Shown in pieces: positions 45,270-57,349 of a stretch of 64,000 bases of DNA. Made by a program: the position numbers and the translations under genes. Origin of the DNA: Selaginella moellendorffii (taxonomy: Eukaryota > Plantae > Lycopodiophyta); assembly GCF_000143415.4 (NCBI RefSeq), contig NW_003314267.1, positions 296,908 through 360,907 on the forward strand, in the 5' to 3' direction. The notes below the pieces were generated by a model. That model was given only the letters and a program-made list of their open reading frames with translations. It had not been told where the DNA came from and searched no databases. Each line of letters starts with the position of its first letter. The first letter of the stretch is position 1.

Positions 45270-48162
45270 TCCATAAGTGGTCATTTCATGACCACACTTT
45301 AGCATCTTTGGATGCCTAAAGACAAGGAAAACCCTTCCTTAATATCCCTTCTTTAGTCCCTATTAAGTCACTTTCTGACCACAACCGTGCTTGCCAACGT
45401 TGCCACTAAGTCAGGGCCCAAAGGCCTAACCACTAAGTCCCATTGACTTCTAGAACTTTTGTGCCATGTGACTGTATCCTTGGTCACTATATAAGAGGTT
45501 TACTCTTCTTCTTTTCCACAGTTCAAGACTTTGAGACGATATTTCGAAATACCACAATCCAACACAAGCCTTGTAAGTATTCTCCCCATCTTCCACCTCT
45601 AGGTGCCCTAGCTATATGGCTAGAGCAAAATTCCGATAAGCCATGCCAAGTATCCAAGTAGGTAGTGCCACCCACACTTGGATTGGGAAGACCATTCAAT
45701 CTCCCTGGGGAGCTAGAGTCAACTCTTGAACACTTCACCAAGTTACTCCACTTGTCCATTCATGTTCATTTTAGCCTTGGACTCCTTCATGGTTATATCA
45801 TCACCCACTATAAAGATATAGCCTTCTTTAGTCATATTGGCCTTTCCTAGCCAAATTAATTCCATTAGAGTCCTCCCTTTACTATACTTTTAGAGCTCAC
45901 CAAACCCTCTAGGGTCTGCGAGACAATTGTGTGAGACACAAAATCGCTAGGCCCCAAAGTGGAGCCGGAAAGGGTGCCACGTGGTAGTGGCCAAAGCGAA
46001 AGCCCAAACGAGTGTAACACGTTTGGACTAAAAGCTCTGACTTGGAAGGTTGAGAGTGGGAGTGGAACTCCCAACAAAGTGCTCAAGGAGCGAGCACGAA
46101 GCGAGCAATAAGCAAGGCTCCAAAAAGGGACCCAAAAAGGACCAACACATGACACGTGGAAGTGTCTGAGATGGAGTCTAAGGCAGACCCTAAATGGAGT
46201 CCGAGATGGACTGAGACGGAGTCTGAGATGGACCCGAAGTGGAGTCCGAGATGGAGTCCGATATGGAGTCCGAGATGGACCCGAAGTGGAGTCCGAGATG
46301 GACCCAAAGTGGAGTCCGAGGTGGACCAAGACGGAGTTCGAGATGGACCTGAGATGGAGTCCGAGATGGAGTCCGAGATGGACCAAGACGGAGTCCGAGA
46401 TGTACCCGAGATGGAGTCCGAGATGGACCGAGACGGAGTCCGAGATGGAGTCCGAGATGGAGTCCGAGATGGAGTCCGAGATGGAGTCCGAGATGGACTG
46501 AGACGGAGTCCGAGATGGAGTCCGAGATGGAGTCCGAGAAGGACCCGAGATGGAGTCCAAGGTCGAGACCGAGACCGGGACCAAGGCCGAGACCGAGACC
46601 GAGACCGAGATCGAGGCCAAGGCTGAGACCGAGCCCGAGCCCGAGTCCGAGTCCGAGTCCGAGTCCGAGTCCGAGTCCGAGTCCGAGTCCGAGTCCGAGT
46701 CCGAGTTCGAGTCTGAGAGGGTGAAAGCCCAAAGCGTTCGTCTCCCAGACCCTGGGGGGTTTGGTAAGCTCCAAAAGTATAGTAAGGGGGAGGACTGCAG
46801 TAGAGCCAGTTTGGCCAGGAAAGGCCAGTTTGGCCTAGGAAGGCCAGACCCAGTGTTGGGTGATGAGCTGACCACTGGGAAGTCCAAGACTAGAGTGAAC
46901 ATGGACCGACAAGCGGGGTAGCTTGGTGAAGTGTTCAAGAGCTGGCTCTAGTTCCCCCGGGAGATCGACTGGCCGATGCTCCCAGTCCAAGTGTGGGTGG
47001 CACTACCTACTTGGATACCAGGCGTGGCTCAATGGAACCTTGCTCTAAGCCCATGGCTAGAGCACCTAAAGGCGAAAGGCGGGGAGAGTACCCAGGTGGC
47101 TCGCGTAAGACCACGGTGTTCCGAAACGTTGTCCCAAAGGCCTAGACTGTGGAAAGGAAGAGGAGCAATCCTCTGGGGTAGTGACCAAGGACACAATCGT
47201 GTGGTGAGGAAGTCCCAAAGGACCATGGGACTTAGTGGTCAGGCCTGTGGGCCTTGATCCAGTGGCAGTGTTGGCAAACACGGCCAGGGGCAGAAAGGGA
47301 CTTGGTAGGAACTGACAAAGGGACTTTGGGGAAGGCAATTCCCCAGGTCTGTGGGCATCCTAAGGATGCTAAGGAGTGGATCTGGAATGATCACTCATGG
47401 ACGGATGGTCCAGCCCTTGAGAGACGGGATTGTGATGCAGGTGGTGTTAGACCACCGGTATGACCAAGGTAAAGGGGCATGGCCTTAGCGTAACGGGCTA
47501 GTATGTCGGTGGTACTTTGGGGTGTCGGTCTTGGGATCGGACACGTGGAGCACTTGGACCAGGTGCAAGGGTTGAGTGGCATGGATGCCATTCTTGGGAC
47601 TAGCAAGTCCCAAGTCCTAAATTGGACTTAAGGAGGTTGTGAATGAGACTCCTCCAAGTGGTCGGAGGTGTGGTTAAGTGACTAAAGTAGAATGGAAAAT
47701 TTAGTCGCTTACAAATTGCTTTAAGCTTTCACCCTTAGACTCGGACTTGGACTTGGACTCAGATTTGGTCTTAGACTCAAACTCGGTCTCGGTCTTAGAC
47801 TCGGTCTCAAACTTAGTCTCAGTCTTAGTCTCATTCTCGGCCTCAGTCTCAATCCCAGTCTTGGTTTCTATCTTGGACTCGATCTCAAACTCCATCTCAA
47901 ACTCCTTCTTAAACTCCTTCTCGGGTCCATCTCGAACTCTTTTTCGGACTCCATCTCGGGTCCATCTCAGACTTAGTCCCAACACTTCCACATGTCATAT
48001 ATTAATTTTCTTGTGTCCCTTTTCTCAAGCATTTTTTTTGGAGCTCCATTCTTGCTTATGACTTTTTGAGTTCCAAGCTTTTAGTCTAAACATGTTATGC
48101 TTGTTTGGCTTCCACTTTGGCTTTTTTAGCTCCACTTTGGGGCTTAGAGATTATGTCTCACA
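45270..48162 (-). mobile_element. Older, diverged family-B LTR split by the nested insertion (pieces 47714-48162 and ~45270-45929)
   Basis: Reverse complement starts TGTGAGACATAATC at 48162 and continues colinearly across the insertion point (…AAAGCAATTG|TCTCGCAGACCCT…). Confidence 0.8.
45930..47713 (+). mobile_element. Solo LTR, family B (1784 bp), with 5-bp TSD AATTG
   Basis: TGTGAG...CTTACA termini; AATTG at 45925-45929 and 47714-47718; repeat array at ~46165-46715 ending in pure (GAGTCC)n. Confidence 0.9.
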
Positions 48163-48844
48163 ACTGGCTAATATGATAATTTGCATGAATAAGTGTTTGT
48201 TGGCTTTATAACATTCATTCTATTTTATTAATTATTGCTAAAATTGGTTTTGCTAGATTAGGATGTTATTTCCTTTGGGTGATATTTATGAGTACTTTTG
48301 GTTGTTAGTTGTTAATACTTTGTGTTCTTTAAGCTATTTTTTGTAAGTTTTTTAGCATATTATTTGCAATCTTTAATAGTTAAGCCTTATCATTGATTTT
48401 TCTTGATGATATACTTGCTTTTGATTTTTTTATATTATTACTTCTATATCTTTAAACTATCATGATCTTGGTGGTTCCTATCCTCTATTAATTTATCAAA
48501 TGATAACTTAATCATATCCTCACTTTAAGCCATTAATATACTGAAATAGTGCCAAACTCCATTTGACTCTATTTTGCATGCTAATCCTAGCATTGGGATG
48601 CTAGTTACTCTAGGACTGTACTAATGTTGCTCCAATTCCTTCACTCCTTAATTATATGCTTAAAAACTCTAATTTCACATCCTTGTGAACGGAAGTTGAG
48701 AGCCGCAGCTCTCTTGAGAGCCCTACTCCCTTGACACCCTACCACTCGGGTCGAGCCCAACCAGAGCAAATTGAACCTGTCAAATATCAATCAATATGTG
48801 GTGCAATTCCCCTAGCCAACTAATAGAGTCGGACCCGAAACCTA

Positions 48845-49049
48845 TTTAATACCAAATGTAAGCTTCTGGATTTAGAATTCCCGAGAAGTCACTCAGCTCG
48901 GTATTATTTAAACCTAAGGACACTTAATCAAATATCCTAAGACTTTTAATCGATTGAAAAAAGGGGTGCACTTTTATTCATGGGCCCTTTTCTTCTATAT
49001 TTGAACCCCTATAGATCATCTCTTGAGTCGTTCTCTTTGGTTACTTACA
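48845..49049 (-). mobile_element. Second, more diverged Cassandra-type 5' LTR (48857-49049, 193 bp) with degenerate PBS
   Basis: Colinear with 43629-43821, and ~90 bp of internal leader is shared. The 5S-like block is at 48875-48929. Confidence 0.8.
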
Positions 49050-51099
49050 TTTTGTTCCCTACTCTTGGCTCACATATCCAAGGGTTTAAGTTCCACTTTA
49101 TAGTTATCCTATAGTAAATCATTATAACACTGCTATGTAGTTTGCATTTGAAGGCATACATATGAAACAGATAAGGGTAAAGCATAATAACAAGAAGTAA
49201 GGTAGTTTATACTCTACGATCATGATTGCAATATTGTCTCAATGTTGCTTCTAAATGCTTCTATTGTGCATTTTCACTACTGGAAAAAAGGTGCATATAG
49301 CCCAATATGTATAAAAATCATTTAGGTCCAAATGGTTTTCCTACTCTCCTCATTCCCTTTGAAATTCCAGCATAATATCCATGATCAATTGAGATTAGGA
49401 TCTTGTGTGATATGGCAATATTGAGGAGAGAAAGACAAGTGGATGGATTGATCTATCAATAATGCTCATCTAATTGCAAGACTTCTATCATATAATATGA
49501 CATAACCAACTTTTTTCCTTTTTATAAAATAGTTATATTAATAAAAGATAAATACAAATATCTTTTTTATTCTAAAAATATTCTTAACTATTCAAGAATA
49601 TATATATATAAGTATTCTCTAAAACCCCATACCCTTACAAGAGTTGCATTATATTAAACTATTTTTGGTTTGCTTAAGCAAACCTGTAGGGGGACTAGGA
49701 TGGTAGTGGATATACCTAGAATATGCTTGAATATTCTAGGATATTCTACCATCTAATGGTTGTTATTCATTTAGATTAATTTTGTATTTATAATTTATAA
49801 ACTTTATTAAAAACTTTCTAGTATATTATTTTTTATTCTACCATCTAATGGTTGATATGAAATAAGATTAATCTTGTGTTTATAAATTTTTTATCTTGGA
49901 TTAATAAGTACTATTAAGCAAAAAAAAGTGTTGCCGTAGCAAATTATTTTCCTTAAGCATGTATTTAGGCATTCTAGCATCTTGCCATGTCTAATATCCT
50001 GGAAGTTATACATGATTTTCCTCAAGCCTTGCTATTGTTGTCATGCACAAAGTTTAAAAGGACCATCAGTCCACCATCATACCAGTGGTTTAGTAGTGAT
50101 CCTACTTCTACAAGCTCATCTGCTACTTATGAAGAAAGAGCATTAGTGACAAGATTAAACATGATGCTTTCTTTGTGGCACATTGCATGGTAATGTGCAG
50201 GTATTGGTTGTAAGAGAGGTATATAAGAAAATATCAATAAAGATTGAACATTGAAGCTAATTATTTACCATAAAAGGTAGTTCTCAGCATAGTAGATGAT
50301 GCTCATTTAACACAGTTAGCATGAGGAATGTAGACTCATGCTAACTAATAGCATGATTCTACATTCATGCTATCGAGGATATGCATCAAAAAGTTTTTGA
50401 TTAGAAGTTATGCATAGCATTTACTTCTCAAAGTCATTTTTGGTGTATGCACTCCAAAAGATTTATGTCTCTAACAACTATATCCACTGGGCATATGTGA
50501 GTTAACTTTGGTCCACACACTTTACAGAAGTGCCAAAATAACATACTTGCAGGTGCCACTCCAAGTTCCCAGGCTTCTCACATATAACATGCTTTCCAGC
50601 CTTGCAATTCGTTGTGAGCAATGCATTTTTTAGCATGCACCGCAAGAGCAAGAAAAAATCTATTCATATTGATAATCTCACTAGTTTTTATAACCTTGAA
50701 GACCCTTCTGCATTAGATCTAGTAGATACAGTAAACTGTTTGACATATTGTGGCATCAGGCTTTGCAAGAGACGGATGCCCATAAGCTTTCTTAAGAAAA
50801 CAAGGTAGAGCTTAGCCTACATCAAATACGTAAGCAGTGCACTACTGTTAACCCAGCCCTAGATTGATGCCTCAAAATATGATGAAGATTTATTATTGGC
50901 TGCCACATACTACTTAATTGCTATATATTAGAAGCTGTGGCCCAAACAAACGATCAATCCTCCCATAAGCAGGGAATCAGCCTACGTTCTAGCCAAAAGA
51001 GTTTTTTAGGCTGTATTAGAGAAAGAATATTCCGTTTAAGTTGGCTGTGGAACAAGACAGTCGACACTCAGGTTCATGACTCCTGCGTGACATGAGGCA

Positions 51100-53470
51100 A
51101 GCACTCCAACAGGAGTCATACACCACATTAATTTGCAAGCTATTTGTGAGGCTCAGCCATGAAGAGGTGGATGGGATGATTAAGGAGCTCATGAACCATC
51201 GAGGACCAATCATCCTTGTACTCAATCAACAAGATGGATCCTGGCATTTATGTGTAAACTACTGAGGGCGGAATAAGGTGACAATCAAAGGTAAATTTCT
51301 GATTCCCAGGATCAAAGACTTAATTGACAAGCTTGGCAAGGTTCTCTAAGTTTGATCTGAGATTGGGATATTATCAAATCCAAAAGATGGCTTCCCAAAC
51401 TCACTATTGTTATGAGTTGACTAATTGGTTAAGGAGGTAAAGGTAAGCTACGTTTACTTTATTCTCTTTTTGTTTTGCTCTTGGCTATGGCCATTCTTGG
51501 TGTACATTTTCCTTTTCCATTATATAACAGCTCCTGCTCCTTTATCAGCAGCGAGTAAGTTTTGACCTTGACAACTGTGGTTTGTACCAGTTTAGAGTGA
51601 TGCCATTTGGGCTCGCCAAAGCCCCGCCACCTTTCAAGGGATGATGAATAACCTTTTCAACTCCATGCTCTACAAGTTGGACACTGTCTTACAGCAGCTG
51701 GAAGATTTTCCGCTGCTCGCAAAATGCCCATTTACCAAGCACAAGGTGGAATACTTTAGCTTCTGGGAAGATGAAACCAGATCCAACAAAATTGGAAGCG
51801 ATTTGAAACTGGCCAGCACCTTCTACAATGAAACAACTCCACGTGTTCTTGGGATTCTGTAATTACCTCCGAAAGTTTATAGAACACTACACCACCATCG
51901 CTGCTCCATTGATGATATCATTTGAGCAGGCCAATTTTCCTGGAGTGACGACACTCAACAAACTTTCAGCAGACTGAAATGTCACATTTTTGAGGCGCTA
52001 GTGCTCTAGCTGCCAGAAATTTCACCAGGAGGTTTGTGGTGGAAACAAACACTTCCGATGCGGGAGTAGGCGGTTCTAACTAAAACAGGACCACGGCTTT
52101 AATGCTTTTGAGAGTATGCATTTCACAGGTGTGGATTCAAGGCAGCCAACGTATTAACATGTTGGATCGAACAGCTTCAAGCAATGGATTTTACAATCAA
52201 ATTCCGGGAAAGACGAATGTACGCATTATCACGGATGTTTAAGAAGCCGGATTCATCCAGCCTTTGCAGCAGTTTGTCCAGTGAAATCGACTTTAAAGTG
52301 GAGGTGCAGGGGTATGGATCCCTTCCTTGGCAATCTAGTTCCAGAAGGATCACACCTAGAGAGCAGGAGTCCATTTCAAGAAGGGATGGGTATTATTAGC
52401 ACCAAGCATGACTTCAAGAAGAAGGTTTTCCAGGAGTGCATCATCACTGGCCATCCTAGTGTTGCTTTGACCTTGGCAGCTATAAAGTTATGGAAAGGGA
52501 TGCAGTGCGAAGTACACTAATGGATCAGAGAATGTGAGGTGTGCCAGGTTTCCAAGGCGGAGAAGGTGGCGACCTCCGGCCTCCTCAAACCATTCCCTAT
52601 TGCTGCAACCCCATTCATCTCTGATTTCATTGTGGGACTCCCGAGATCTCGGACCTTTGATACTATCTTCGCAGTTGTTGACAGGCTCACGAAGGTCGCC
52701 CGCTTCATTCCGCAGACAGCCAAAGCAACAGCTAAGCAGGTGGTGGAACTTTTTTGGAAGGATGATGTTAGATTTCATGGAGTTCTAGCAGAAATCATTT
52801 CGGACTGAGATGCAAAGTTCGTCAGTATGTTTTGGAAAAGACTCCTTGACATCTTGGGGATGGCTCTCAGTTTCAGCACAGCATTTCAGCTCACCACACC
52901 GAACATAAACCACAACATGGCACATTTGGTCTATTAAACAGGTCCAGGAACTAGCAAATCAGAGGCTGGAGTCTGCTTGGGCCGTGATGAAGTAGGATGC
53001 AGACTAGAGGCGCTCGGACAGGGAATTCCAAATAGAAGACCACATCTACGTGAAGTTTAATCCAGAACATTACACCTTGGGGAAGCAAGCAACATCCAAG
53101 TTGAAACTCCACATGTGCTACTTTGGACCATTTGCTTCTTTGCCTGAGTGGAAGGCATGACAAAAAAAGAAGAGAAAGGATCAACGTTGCCGATCTGAAG
53201 ATGCACCACGGACTAGCTCCTCAAGGAATTCCTCCACCAAAAATGGAGACTAAGGAGGGTCGTCCAATCCTGTGTCCAGAAAGGATAGTTGGAGAGAATG
53301 AATGGGACCTACGAAACAGGGCCATCAAAGAGTAACGTGCGATGGGAAGGACAGATGCAACATATGACACTTGGATGACCACTTCATGAGTGTGATCTCT
53401 CTCTCTCAAACTTCTCTATTCGGCACAACTCTGGAGGACTAGAGTTGAGTGAGACTTGTGAGGAACCAGT
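51100..53470 (+). mobile_element. Decayed Ty3/gypsy pol relic (RT, RNase H, integrase)
   Basis: DGSWHLCVNY..NKVTIK..IPRIKDLIDKLGK, VMPFGL, FVVETNTSD, DFIVGLPRSRTFDTIFAVVDRLTKVARFIP. Possible LTR start TGTGAGGAACC near 53457. Confidence 0.8.
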
Positions 53471-53579
53471 ACGGGACGGTATAGTAGTGTGGAACGCTAG
53501 GTTATATTTTCTGTATTTCTTTTTCCTCCTCTCGCTTGTCTCGCTGCTTCTGTTCATCCATGTTCTTCCACCGTTCACA

Positions 53580-54195
53580 CGAGTATCGGGAGGACTAGCT
53601 GGATCGAAAACTTCCAGGGTGGCTTACTAAGTTGGAGAGTTTGGATTGAAGATGATCTTGCTGGCTGGACGAAGCGTACGAGCAAGTTTAAAAAAAGGTT
53701 TTTTTTGTTTGCGTGCATCACAAGAATAACGATGCTCTTCCACGCGAGCAAACTCTCGTCCTAGTGTAGTGATGTTTGCAGTAGACGATCTCCTCGCAAA
53801 ACATCGCCAGAAACTCCGGCATTGCATCGCGCAGGCATCACCATTACTTTCTCTTGTTTGCAGGTGGTGGCGGAGGCTCCTCCTAGGGGCAGCAGCTCAA
53901 TCCCCCTGCTCGCCAGAAACGCCATGACTCGATCGCGAACAGGGCATGTATCGAGCTCAAATCTAGATCTCCATGAGCAAGCTCCCCATTGCCGTAGAAA
54001 TCCTCCACGTCTGCGCTTGCTGACGGTGATGATGCCACTCGACTGCCCGGATTGGATTGGGCGCGTGCTTGCGGTAGCGGCTCCAGGTGGGATCTTGGCC
54101 TCGGACACCGATCTGGGAGAGGCGCGCGGCAGAAAATGGATTCCTCATTGACAATGCCACGTGGATCGATGCCAAGAAAGCCATCCACGTGTCAA
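53580..54195 (-). pseudogene. Inverted, internally deleted duplicate of the orphan gene at 33.3-34.5 kb (promoter to 3' UTR)
   Basis: Shared blocks SEAKIP..TWSRYR..APNPIRAVEW, EDFYG, ELDTCPVRDRVMAFLASRGIE. The 3' flank (GAAGTTTTCGATCCAGCTAGTCCTCC) and the promoter GACACGTGGA are also retained. Confidence 0.85.
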
Positions 54196-55635
54196 ATTAG
54201 TGCCACTGGAAGATAATGTTCAACGCCGTACCAAACTTTGAAACTCAAGTGAGATTGTAACCTACTATAGCTTTTGAAAGTGGAAACTACTGGGAGGCAG
54301 CACTATAGCATGATCCATGATGTATACTTAGCTCTGGAGGTGGCAAACCAGCAGCACCGGCGTGCCGCAGCCGATGGTGATAATCGGGTTAAGGCGTGGA
54401 GGGAGGTAGCGTGAAGCATAGTTGGCAAAGCTAGCCAGCACAGGGCTCACTCGATAGGAGCCGCACGGTTACGACCTGCACCATTCCACCCAGCCATGTA
54501 GGGTGAGGACAAGGCTGACTGCATCTGGAACTTCGCCAAAATCATGATCGTATTCAGTATACGCATGTTTGAGCACGAACTGGTCCTGGTTCTGCACATG
54601 AATGATGTTCTCCGCCTTGACGTTGTGGTCAATAAGATATAGATGGTAACCTGCTCTCGAGCATTTTGGTCTACCCACAATGTAATGAAGAATCAATGAG
54701 TCTTCACAAGCCAAATCTTAAAAGGCCTCTACTGTAGCCATACATTAACAATGTGAAAGTGATAATAATATACTCCACTTAAATGACTAACTCATACTAA
54801 GCTCTCTTTAACATTTAAGTCTCATAAACTCCCATATTTGGCTATAAACAAGCCAAAATCCTATGAGTAAGTCTCAGACATCAACAATGAAGTATACTTA
54901 TATAGCAGCATATATCATGCTCTCAACTCTTATAACAAATGTTATTAATAAAGAACCAAAAAGGCCATTGTTAAAACTTGCTACAAATATAAACTAGTGT
55001 ATAAATTTTTGAAAGCCTTTTTCTTTTCTTTAACTAAAAATAAATACCCCATCTAGACAATGTGAACTAAAAACCCTCAAGCAGACTCCAAGTAGAGAAG
55101 TAGCCCACCAAAGTCTAAATGAATAGTCCCAAGTCGTGCTACTCCATCGAAAGCCAAAGTCATATACCAAGCACAAGATGCCAAGGGCGGGTAACTATTG
55201 CAATAGAGGTAAGAACCTCTTTGCTTCTCATCCTCCAAGGCTCTGGTGGTCTTTAGGTGGAGAAGTGGCCTCCAAGAGTTTGGATGAGCTGTCGTTGCAT
55301 GAAAAAGCAAGCCTTCCAATCTGTTGCTTTGGCAAATGCCACTAACATTTCTATACATTTGAAGGCCAAAGCTATTAGTAAAGATGCCTCCAGATTGCTT
55401 TAGGAGCACACTATGCATTGTAATAAGCTGCAAACCAAGAAAGAAGAGCTACATTTTCCCCTTAAGAGGAACACAACATTGAATTATGCCCTTTTTCTAG
55501 TAAAAATGGTGCGAAAAAAGGACGGCCCAGATTCTTTTCTTTGTTTAAATGGTTAGCATTTTAAGTGTCATTAACTCGTAGTATTTAAATTGGAGGATAT
55601 TCTGTTCTTTTAGGGGAAATTAGGGCTCTTCAAGG

Positions 55636-57000
55636 ATGCTGGGAGGGCTCTATGGCGATCTTCCTCCCCCGTCCCAATCCTCATCGGCTTCGGCGTCCTC
55701 GGGATCCTCAGCGACAGCATTTGCCGCCGCGGCTGCGGCCGCGGCTGCTGCAGCGGCGGCAGCCGCGCAGGCCGATGCCGACGCTCGAGCAGCAGCAGCA
55801 GCAGCAGCAGCGAGCGAAGATTCAGCCAAGAAGCACAATGGCAAGCTCATGACCCCGCCAGCGGCGCTTCGAAAGGCAGGTATTTTCGCTGCTCCTCCCT
55901 CCGTCTTGCGCAACCAGTCCTCCGCCAAGGCGCCGCCTCCTCCCAGGCAACCGCCGGTTGTGGCTGCTGTGAAACCAGTGGCGGTGGCGGCGACGCCAGC
56001 AGTAGTAGCGGCGGCGGTCGCGGTTACTCCAACGCCACCAGTGGCGGTGCCCGTTTGTATCATCGACGAGTATGATCCGGCTCGGCCCAACGATTACGAG
56101 GAGTACTGCCGCGATCGCAAGCGGAAGAAGATGGAGAAGGAGCTGAAGCGAGATATGGAGCGGCGGAGGGAGGAAGAGGAAGAAAAAGAGAGGGAGCGAG
56201 AGGTGGCAAGGCAGAAGGAGCTTGAGAGGCAGCACAAGGAAGACGTGCATATAAGCGGTGAAGAGGCTTGGAAGAGAAGAGCCATGCTAAGTGCCGGAGG
56301 TGGTCGGGGGAGCTCTTCCTCCTTCTCGGCTGCCGGGCCATCGGACATACCACCACCATCTTCGTCTCAAGTGGAGGGCCACCATGGTGGCAAGCAGCAA
56401 CAAAGCCAGGGTGGTGGCAACGGGAATAACAGCGGAGGAATGAGCGCTGCTCAGAGGATGATGGCGAGAATGGGATGGAGAGAAGGCCAAGGCTTGGGCA
56501 AACAAGAGCAGGGAATCACCACTCCTCTGATGGCTCGAAAGACTGATAAACGCGCTGGAGTGATCGTCAATGCGGGTGAGCTCAAGAAACAACAAAATCA
56601 GCAGCAGCAACAAAGGCCAGTGGCTACTCGTGTTGTTCTACTCCGCAACATGGTATGTCTAGAACTTTCCAAGTTTCATGTATTCAAGGTGGTTTTTCTC
56701 TCCTTTTTTTTCCAGGTTGGTCCCGGAGAAGTGGATGCCGAGCTCGAGGAAGAGGTTGCGTCCGAGTGTAGCAAGTTTGGCGTGGTGACAAGCGTGCTGA
56801 TCTTCGAGATCACCGAGCATGACTACGCTCCAACCGAGGCAGTCCGGATCTTCGTCCAGTTTGAGCGGGCGGACCAGGCTAGTAAAGCTCTCGCGGATTT
56901 GGATGGCCGCTTCTTTGGTGGGAGAGTAGTGAGAGGCAGCTACTTCGACGAGGAGAGATTCGCTCGCAACGAGCTGGCTCCTTTACCAGGGGACAACTAG
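55636..57000 (+). CDS. DRT111: Splicing factor SPF45/RBM17 (DRT111/RSN2 ortholog); intron 56653-56715
   Basis: MLGGLYGDLPPP start, SF45 motif DEYDPARPNDYE, G-patch AQRMMARMGWREGQGLGKQEQGI, C-terminal UHM (LLRNM|VGPGEVD..GRFFGGR). Confidence 0.93.
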   Translation: MLGGLYGDLPPPSQSSSASASSGSSATAFAAAAAAAAAAAAAAAQADADARAAAAAAAASEDSAKKHNGKLMTPPAALRKAGIFAAPPSVLRNQSSAKAPPPPRQPPVVAAVKPVAVAATPAVVAAAVAVTPTPPVAVPVCIIDEYDPARPNDYEEYCRDRKRKKMEKELKRDMERRREEEEEKEREREVARQKELERQHKEDVHISGEEAWKRRAMLSAGGGRGSSSSFSAAGPSDIPPPSSSQVEGHHGGKQQQSQGGGNGNNSGGMSAAQRMMARMGWREGQGLGKQEQGITTPLMARKTDKRAGVIVNAGELKKQQNQQQQQRPVATRVVLLRNMVCLELSKFHVFKVVFLSFFFQVGPGEVDAELEEEVASECSKFGVVTSVLIFEITEHDYAPTEAVRIFVQFERADQASKALADLDGRFFGGRVVRGSYFDEERFARNELAPLPGDN

Positions 57001-57349
57001 ATTCAGAGGAATAGCTCGGTTTCTTGGAAGAACATGTAAGATCACGAAAGTCAACTCTAGTCAATTAGTACACTCTTGGTCAACAGTGATCGCTTTGTTT
57101 CTACGTTTTCTCCCTGGTGGGGCGGCGCCTGGCGTGAGATCGAAGCAAAGAGTGTATGGCCCATTGGATGAAAATCACACTGGATACACTCGACATTCCA
57201 TTTCCACCATCATATAAATTCTCGGATTGTTCTATGCGGGTACCAATGCGGTGCTCGATCGCGCTTCCAGGAACTTCGAGCAAAGGTAAATCTTGCTGGC
57301 GATCATTGTGCTTCTCTTTGTGATTCTTTCTGGAAACTCCAGGGCTACG

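Noticed and set aside
46165-46715. CRISPR-like periodic array
   Set aside because: No unique spacers; it is a simple tandem array inside a eukaryotic LTR.
45930-48162. DNA transposon or foldback element with long TIRs
   Set aside because: Explained by an antisense nested LTR insertion with TSD AATTG.
49275-49290. CACTA-type terminus CACTACTGGAAAAA
   Set aside because: No matching opposite TIR or transposase found in the window.
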